DNA of 39,631 nt from a virus (Duplodnaviria; Caudoviricetes). Numbering within the stretch: the first letter of the stretch is position 1; each line of letters begins with the position of its first letter. Shown in pieces: positions 34,393-39,631 of this stretch. The notes beneath the pieces are model-generated. The model worked only from the letters and a program-made list of their open reading frames with translations, was not told the origin of the DNA and ran no database searches. Position numbers and translations under genes: made by a program. The stretch is from the IMG/VR virus record IMGVR_UViG_3300011337_000090, positions 1 through 39,631 of that record; one strand, given 5' to 3'.

Positions 34393-35143
34393 ACTTCCTC
34401 TCCAAGTACTCAATAGACAAAAGCATCTCGTCGAAGCCTCCATCCTTGACATCGTTTAACATTACCAGCCCCCGCCAGTGACGGTTAGAGAGCTGGTCCA
34501 TGTAATCTTCATCATGCAAGTAATAGCTACCTGCAATGATAGCACAGATAGGCTTACCGTCTGCACGTTTACCGTAGGCGATCTGCTTACCTTGCTGATG
34601 ACCTGCAACGCAGCTCATGTGCAGCTTGTTCACAATAGCAGAAGCAGTGCCAGCGGGTCTGCCCATTGCACCTGTCGGCCAGAAATGCGAAAACCCAACG
34701 CCCCCAATAAAGACAGGCTTCAAGAATTCATGCACTTCCCAGTCTTTTAGATTTAGATGATCATAAGTCATCAGTCCTTCCAACATTGGATTGTTATTGA
34801 TAGCCCGTGTCAGTCTATTACAGTGGTTGCCTTTTAAGAACACTAGACGAGGCTTGTATACCTTGTGTTTAGATTCTTTCTGGGTCTTTTGTAGAGACTT
34901 TAAAGGGGCTAACAATATGTCCATACCTTTGTTGCCTGCCTCGACATCAGCTAAATAGCGTTTACCTTCAAAGTATTTGCTACCAGCTTTGTCGTGGCTG
35001 CTCAGACTCGGGAAATCCCAATGATCCCCAAGATGCACAACCACATCAGGACGGTAATCACAGATAGCCTTTCCAGCCCACTCCAGATGCTCAGTGGGGG
35101 TATCTGGTTTGCACTGCGTATCAGGGATGTAAAGTATCCTCAT
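34376..35143 (-). CDS. Calcineurin-like metallophosphoesterase
   Basis: IPDTQ, HLGDHWD, KGNH, FSH, AGHQQ; start MRILYIPD. Confidence 0.85.
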   Translation of the reverse strand: MRILYIPDTQCKPDTPTEHLEWAGKAICDYRPDVVVHLGDHWDFPSLSSHDKAGSKYFEGKRYLADVEAGNKGMDILLAPLKSLQKTQKESKHKVYKPRLVFLKGNHCNRLTRAINNNPMLEGLMTYDHLNLKDWEVHEFLKPVFIGGVGFSHFWPTGAMGRPAGTASAIVNKLHMSCVAGHQQGKQIAYGKRADGKPICAIIAGSYYLHDEDYMDQLSNRHWRGLVMLNDVKDGGFDEMLLSIEYLERKYGKQV

Positions 35144-35585
35144 TAGTTTCCTTTTCGTAAGTGGACAACACCCAATAAGCAAATTTTATAAGTTGCTCAG
35201 GTGTTGCATTCTGTTTCATGGCATTCGCTAACTGAGAAATTACCTGTATGTTATCTTTTGTGTATCCTTTTGTGGGATCTATTCGATCAACAGAAGGAGA
35301 ATTAAAAAGAGGAATTTTTTGGTTTCGTTGTAAGGCAAAACCAAATACAGGGCAGTTGCTGGGAACATTTATATCGTCTAAAGTTAAATCAAAGTCTAAT
35401 TCTTTTTGAATTGCTCTTTCTTTTAACCTTTTCAAAATCAATGAATCCTTATTATTGGCATTCCACTCCTTGCTTGCTTTTTTATTACATTCCCGACAGC
35501 TTCCTTGAAGTCCATCTTTATTTTTGGAATGTTTAGTAAAAGAAGCAAGAGGTAGAGTTTCCCTGCATTTACCGCAAGTCTTCAT
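35121..35585 (-). CDS. Free-standing HNH-like endonuclease with N-terminal Zn finger
   Basis: CGKC..F..DG..CREC; CPVFG...SPSVDRIDPTKGYTKDNIQVISQLANAMK; AT-rich. Confidence 0.78.
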   Translation of the reverse strand: MKTCGKCRETLPLASFTKHSKNKDGLQGSCRECNKKASKEWNANNKDSLILKRLKERAIQKELDFDLTLDDINVPSNCPVFGFALQRNQKIPLFNSPSVDRIDPTKGYTKDNIQVISQLANAMKQNATPEQLIKFAYWVLSTYEKETNEDTLHP

Positions 35586-35587
35586 GC

Positions 35588-35890
35588 TCACCAGTCTCCC
35601 AGATCATCGTTGCCTACTTCGTTATCATCATCATCATTGAAGTACTCACCGGTCCAAGGATCACAGTAGTCAGAATAATGTTCATACATAACGTCCAACC
35701 ACTTAGGTTCTTTAATGCGGACCTGCTCCATGATATTGTATCCGTAGATTGATTCCAAGAAGCGTACATAGTCATTCAGGCATTCGTGCCATGAAGCACC
35801 TCCTGTCTCAATCTCTTTACGGTAAACTTTACCTGTACAATCCACGTACATAAAGCCATACTTTTGCATCACATCATTTTCATTGATCAT
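35588..35890 (-). CDS. Hypothetical acidic protein
   Basis: Coupled ORF; RFLESIYGY. Confidence 0.65.
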   Translation of the reverse strand: MINENDVMQKYGFMYVDCTGKVYRKEIETGGASWHECLNDYVRFLESIYGYNIMEQVRIKEPKWLDVMYEHYSDYCDPWTGEYFNDDDDNEVGNDDLGDW

Positions 35891-36189
35891 CGTTCATCTC
35901 CTTCGCCCATGAGGGTATTGTTAATCTGTCGTTGTGCAAGTTTACGTAGGTTCTGACTGGCTACATCAGCCAAGTTCCAACCCATCACCGTAGATAATCC
36001 AGCAATCTGCCAGAGCACATCACCAACTTCCTTTTGCATACCTGCTTCGTCCAAGACACCATCTCGAATCCACTTGGCATACTTACCTGCAACTTCACCT
36101 GCTTCAGAGGTCAGATTAGCCACCATGTAGGCAGGGTTTTTAGCCGACTCCAACGCAGTCTTCCACGCTAGCTCTTGATAATCTTCCAT
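35887..36189 (-). CDS. mazG: MazG-like NTP pyrophosphohydrolase
   Basis: YQELA..TA, SEAGEV..K, KEVGDVLW, NLRKL..R. Confidence 0.85.
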   Translation of the reverse strand: MEDYQELAWKTALESAKNPAYMVANLTSEAGEVAGKYAKWIRDGVLDEAGMQKEVGDVLWQIAGLSTVMGWNLADVASQNLRKLAQRQINNTLMGEGDER

Positions 36190-36485
36190 CAGCATGTTGG
36201 GCTACTCCATTCTGTTACCACAAACTTCAATGTCAAATATTTCTGACAATCTCCGGGATACATATACCGAGTCACGTCAAAGCCTCCGCTACTTGTGTAG
36301 TACTCCGGGGAAGGATCACTGTTGTAAGCTCCCTCCAGCAGGTGACGAGCCATACGCCGAAGCTCTCCAATAGTTACCTCACTGTCAGGACTGTTATGGT
36401 AAGTCCATTTAAGACAGTCCATAACTTTCTTTACCTTCTCAAAGTCAAACTCGTCCAGCAAGTCTTCAATCTGTTCAATACGCAT
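36189..36485 (-). CDS. Hypothetical protein
   Basis: FDFEKVKKVMDCLKWTY...SGGF. Confidence 0.7.
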   Translation of the reverse strand: MRIEQIEDLLDEFDFEKVKKVMDCLKWTYHNSPDSEVTIGELRRMARHLLEGAYNSDPSPEYYTSSGGFDVTRYMYPGDCQKYLTLKFVVTEWSSPTC

Positions 36486-37158
36486 TGTTCAATTCCTTTG
36501 CATAAAACAACTCTTTAACGGCAGGGAACTGCTCACAGACGATCAGTTTCACCTGTTCGGCAACCTCTCGGTGCTCCTTCTGCGTAGCCTTGTCACAGCG
36601 GATATCCACATAGTGAAGCCAACTACGCAGATTACCTGCCATGTACATCTTACTCATGGTCAAGCCTTCAGGCAGTAGCTTTCGTGCCTGCTCTTTGGCA
36701 ACCCCTTTGGCAAGAGCCATGTTATAAACCAATTCAGCATCATCACGAATCCTTTGCTGTGCTTTGAACCACCAGTTATGCAAATCAGAGTCACCTACTT
36801 CTAGGCTGTTCTGTCGGTTCTTAACGTCCTGCAAACGTACCTCAGACAACTCAAAGCCCTGCACAGCAGCGTATCGCTGAGAGAACTCTTGGAAGCTGAA
36901 GCTACGATGCCGGAGAATCTGTCGTGCAATGTCACGGGTAGTCTCAATCTCCAAAGACAGATGAACCATCTCCAGAGGACTCCAGTGCTTGTTGTTAATC
37001 AGATACTTCAGAAGCTTCGGGCCTGTCTCAGTTGCGTATTGGTTGTCTGGGTTAGAGACGCGAGCCATGTATGCTAGTAGGTCTTGAGCATCCTTAATAC
37101 CTTTTTCAACCAGTCCCGGAGCAGGGACAGAGTAACACACCAAACTTACCTTAGACAT
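36475..37158 (-). CDS. thyX: Flavin-dependent thymidylate synthase
   Basis: ARVSNP, HWSPLE, RQILRHRSFSFQEFSQRY (RHRx7S), EQAR..LP, TQKEHR. Confidence 0.96.
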   Translation of the reverse strand: MSKVSLVCYSVPAPGLVEKGIKDAQDLLAYMARVSNPDNQYATETGPKLLKYLINNKHWSPLEMVHLSLEIETTRDIARQILRHRSFSFQEFSQRYAAVQGFELSEVRLQDVKNRQNSLEVGDSDLHNWWFKAQQRIRDDAELVYNMALAKGVAKEQARKLLPEGLTMSKMYMAGNLRSWLHYVDIRCDKATQKEHREVAEQVKLIVCEQFPAVKELFYAKELNNAY

Positions 37159-37315
37159 CTTGTCCTTCCACTATCAATTTATCGCCTTCACGGATACCTG
37201 CTTTAAGGGCTTCCAAGATACCCAATCGAAGTAAGGACTCAGCTTCTTCGGATGTTAGGTCAAAGGAATAACTGACGCTACCATCTTCGTTCTCTTTAAT
37301 AAACTCAACTTTCAT
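37151..37315 (-). CDS. 54-aa hypothetical protein
   Basis: AGGAG RBS; MKVEFIKENEDGSVSYSFDLT... Confidence 0.65.
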   Translation of the reverse strand: MKVEFIKENEDGSVSYSFDLTSEEAESLLRLGILEALKAGIREGDKLIVEGQDV

Positions 37316-37448
37316 CTGTCAGCACTCCTAAGATTAAATTGATACCTTGAATAACCTGCATCTGTTCAAACGGATTCAGTTTATTCCACGGACGAGCACC
37401 GGGAAAATACTTCCTTGAAGACTCGTAAAAAGCTTCTACGTCACTCAT
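37305..37448 (-). CDS. 47-aa hypothetical protein
   Basis: GAGGAG RBS; MSDVEAFYESSRKYFPGARPWNKLNP... Confidence 0.6.
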   Translation of the reverse strand: MSDVEAFYESSRKYFPGARPWNKLNPFEQMQVIQGINLILGVLTDES

Positions 37449-37833
37449 TTATCCACTCCTCAGGAATAGTCTTATCAGCAAAGAGGTAGCCATTCTTTCT
37501 ACACCACATAGCATACGTAGTCTTACTTGTCTTGCTAATACGTGCATTTGAATTGCTAAAGACAAAGCGAATGTCAAGCTCGGGGTTATGTTTTTTAACC
37601 AACAAATGCTTCTGACGATCAGGCGCTAAGAAGCGTCCTTTTGTCTCCACAATGATCCCGTTAGGAAGTTGAAAGTCTGGCGTGTACACATGAGAGGAAG
37701 CAGGTTTGATGTATTTCAGCTTAACCTTCTCGTATGTATATGCAACACCCAGACTCTCTAACTGTTCCGCTATGCGCTCTTCAAGTCCTGATCTGAATCC
37801 GTACTTAATTGCAACTTGTTTGGCGGTTGCCAT
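37441..37833 (-). CDS. Endonuclease I (T7 gp3-like resolvase)
   Basis: FRSGLE, YTPDF, VETKG, DIRFVF, TTYAMWC. Confidence 0.93.
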   Translation of the reverse strand: MATAKQVAIKYGFRSGLEERIAEQLESLGVAYTYEKVKLKYIKPASSHVYTPDFQLPNGIIVETKGRFLAPDRQKHLLVKKHNPELDIRFVFSNSNARISKTSKTTYAMWCRKNGYLFADKTIPEEWINE

Positions 37834-38528
37834 ATTTGTCCTTCATAACGTCTCAGCCACAAGAGCTGTCCTTGTTCTGTAAAGTATTCCATCGTATGGC
37901 CGTGTTCTTGATACTTTTCCCACGCTGCTTGGATGAGTTCTTCTTTTGTCTTCGCATCTTTGAGTGCTTTTTCAGCCTTTTTAGGTCCAATTCCCGCCAA
38001 GCACGGGATGTTGTCAATCCTATCCCCCGTAAGTAACTGCGAAACAAAAGACTTAAAGGAGTTAAAATCATCGACATAGTATCTCTCATCCTTTACAGGG
38101 TTATAGTGCCACCCTTGAAGCTGATCCAAGTCCTTATCCACATGAACTATCCAACATTCATCAAGAATCTTGGTAGAGTCAATGGCTACGGCATCATCAG
38201 CTTCCTCACCAACCGTAACGATAGCATCATGACGCTTGACTAGATGCTCCCGTAGGGCTTCGTAGTGCTTAGGTCGTTGAACATCTTTACGGTTGCCTTT
38301 GTACGGCACTGTCTTGGCAATGTCATAACGGTAGTTAGATTTACCTGTAATCCAAGCTTTGTAATGGTCAGCTTTGAGATTCACATAGATAAAGTCTTCT
38401 AACCACTCCGTTAATCGTGCCTTAGCGATGCCGACAGGCTCATCCTCCGTACTGAATCCAATACGGTACACGAGAAAGTCAGCATCCACCAGTGCAATCT
38501 TAGGCTCGTCAGAGGACGTCTGAGTCAT
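37770..38528 (-). CDS. 5'-3' exonuclease (T7 gp6-like)
   Basis: VDAD, YKGNR, EADD, DKDL, GDRIDNIPCLAGIGPKKA; start MTQTSS. Confidence 0.92.
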   Translation of the reverse strand: MTQTSSDEPKIALVDADFLVYRIGFSTEDEPVGIAKARLTEWLEDFIYVNLKADHYKAWITGKSNYRYDIAKTVPYKGNRKDVQRPKHYEALREHLVKRHDAIVTVGEEADDAVAIDSTKILDECWIVHVDKDLDQLQGWHYNPVKDERYYVDDFNSFKSFVSQLLTGDRIDNIPCLAGIGPKKAEKALKDAKTKEELIQAAWEKYQEHGHTMEYFTEQGQLLWLRRYEGQIWQPPNKLQLSTDSDQDLKSA

Positions 38529-38925
38529 CTTCGCCTTCAGCGTCCTCGCCGTAGACAACCAAGTCAGTAACGATGATCTTACCAATCGAAGGAGCAGCCC
38601 CGAACTTAGCACTCATCTTGTGACGGTAGGAGCCAACCAGAGCTGTTACCTTAGTGCCGTTACCAATCTTGCTGATGTCCACAGGATTGCCTTCAGTGTC
38701 CACAGGCTCGAACAGGAACTTAGATTTACCAACAATGTAATTACCCATTGTGTCCTTGTTCTTGATCACAATACCTTGCTCTTTAAGTGCCTCACAAGCC
38801 TTGTCAGACAGCATACCAAGTGTACATTCGTACTTTTCATTCTCGCTGTTGAACTTGGTGTTGAACTCTTTCATCCAGTTAGCCCAGAAGAGTTGACCAG
38901 AGACTTTGACAGGTTTGTTGTCCAT
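38509..38925 (-). CDS. ssb: Single-stranded DNA-binding protein (T7 gp2.5-like, putative)
   Basis: GQLFWA, IGNGTKV, acidic C-terminal tail; lies between pol and exonuclease. Confidence 0.75.
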   Translation of the reverse strand: MDNKPVKVSGQLFWANWMKEFNTKFNSENEKYECTLGMLSDKACEALKEQGIVIKNKDTMGNYIVGKSKFLFEPVDTEGNPVDISKIGNGTKVTALVGSYRHKMSAKFGAAPSIGKIIVTDLVVYGEDAEGEDDSDVL

Positions 38926-38961
38926 TTGAATTTCCTTATTTAATTTCCGTTTATGAAAGTT

Positions 38962-39050
38962 CCTGCTTACTATACTACAGGGACACTGCCCTCCGGGAAT
39001 CCCCAGAGCTTCTCCACTAGTAACGGCGCAGAGGTGTCAGATCAAGCTGA
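38962..39050 (-). ncRNA. Candidate structured RNA between tRNA and ssb
   Basis: GACAC/GTGTC closes CTCTGC/GTGGAG and CTCTGGG/CCCGGAG stems; CCTG/CAGG hairpin; loop-loop TTACTA/TAGTAA. Confidence 0.45.
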
Positions 39051-39054
39051 TTGT

Positions 39055-39139
39055 TGGTACGAGTGGAGGGCTTCGATCCCTCAAGCCTTTCGGCGGCAGA
39101 TTTTAAGTCTGCTGTGTATACCAGTTCCACCACACTCGC
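39055..39139 (-). tRNA. trnL: tRNA-Leu (anticodon UAA)
   Basis: GCGAGTG/CACTCGT acceptor, D-loop GGAACTGG, GCAGA-CTTAAAA-TCTGC anticodon arm, long variable arm, T arm GAGGG-ATCGAAG-CCCTC, encoded CCA. Confidence 0.93.
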
Positions 39140-39151
39140 ATCTTACCTAAT

Positions 39152-39179
39152 ATTGTACACTACTTTTCAGAAATGTCAA
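39152..39179 (-). promoter_or_regulatory. Sigma70-type promoter for the tRNA-ssb-metabolic operon
   Basis: TTGACA-N16-TACAAT; -35 overlaps the polymerase stop codon; AAAAGTAGTG spacer end shared with the promoter at 9549. Confidence 0.8.
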
Positions 39180-39631
39180 TGTGTTTGTCGCCAGTTGGCC
39201 CCAATCTTGTATTCCCCATCTAAAGGACACCGAAGCTTGAAGTACTCTCCTGCATCAATGATACTCTGTCTGAAGGCTTTACCGACCTCCTCAGCAATAT
39301 CTTTAGGGCTTTCTATCTGTGCTTCATCGTGAACATTTGCCACGTACTTGATCTTCCATTTGTTAGCCTTGACCTTGTTGTCAAACAAAACCAGAGCCTT
39401 CTTCATCACTACAGCGCCTGCCCCTTGAAGGAGCGAATTGAGAGCTGCATGCTCGGATCGAACCCAAATACGCCTCCCATCAAGTCCGGGAACCCATCCT
39501 TTGGCTGCTTGCTTTGAAACGCGCTCAAGAAGTTTCCGTAAGGCAGGGGTCTGTTCGAGGAACTTTGCTTTGAGTCTTGCACCATCTTTAGCAGTTCCAC
39601 CAACGATGCTTCCAATCTTTCCATCTCCAGC
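39176..39631 (-). CDS. polA: DNA polymerase family A, C-terminal half, 3' part (continuation of 583..1)
   Basis: GLDGRRIWVRSEHAALNSLLQGAGAVVMKK...motif C NVHDE...IGANWRQTH; in frame across the join. Confidence 0.95.
   Translation of the reverse strand, partial: AGDGKIGSIVGGTAKDGARLKAKFLEQTPALRKLLERVSKQAAKGWVPGLDGRRIWVRSEHAALNSLLQGAGAVVMKKALVLFDNKVKANKWKIKYVANVHDEAQIESPKDIAEEVGKAFRQSIIDAGEYFKLRCPLDGEYKIGANWRQTH
39505..39631. repeat. 127-bp terminal direct repeat, copy 2
   Basis: Identical to 1-127. Confidence 0.97.

Noticed and set aside
39176-39624. ORF-track calls 39176-39409 and 39409-39624 as separate genes or a polymerase pseudogene
   Set aside because: The first is the 3' end of a continuous polymerase ORF spanning the circular join; the second is an out-of-frame shadow.
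39505-39631. 127-bp repeat as a biological terminal repeat
   Set aside because: It lies in the middle of the polymerase gene and its length equals a common assembler k-mer, so it is an overlap from circular assembly.
1-39631. Alternative genetic code or stop-codon readthrough
   Set aside because: Core genes translate full length under the standard bacterial code, and the only tRNA is Leu(UAA anticodon), not a suppressor.

Overview
The window is a complete, circularly assembled genome (about 39.5 kb unique) of an apparently lytic podovirus-like tailed phage. The first 127 nt are repeated exactly at 39505-39631, which is an assembly overlap. Two arms diverge from a non-coding control region at about 8.9-9.9 kb and meet at an intrinsic terminator at about 28.65 kb. 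The + arm carries terminase, portal, scaffold, major capsid, tail fibre, tail tube, ejection and lysis genes. The - arm carries small early genes, a GP88-like Fe-S/SAM protein, a T7-like primase-helicase, family A DNA polymerase, tRNA-Leu(UAA), SSB, exonuclease, endonuclease I, ThyX, MazG, a metallophosphoesterase, RNR (nrdB/nrdA), glutaredoxin, PhoH and a ClpP-like protease. No RNA polymerase or integrase gene was seen; four sigma70-type promoters, all with 16-bp spacers, are present. The most unusual observations are five. (1) The DNA polymerase is split into two separately initiated ORFs with a C5-methyltransferase-like gene between them. (2) A pseudoknotted RNA leader with compensatory base changes sits in front of two different Zn-finger genes. 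(3) A 1.5-kb early segment is almost free of GAG/CTC. (4) A structured RNA lies between the tRNA and ssb. (5) A 57-aa ORF missed by the ORF track resembles phage immune-signal sponge proteins. All assignments are by eye from motifs; no database searches were run and the host cannot be determined.
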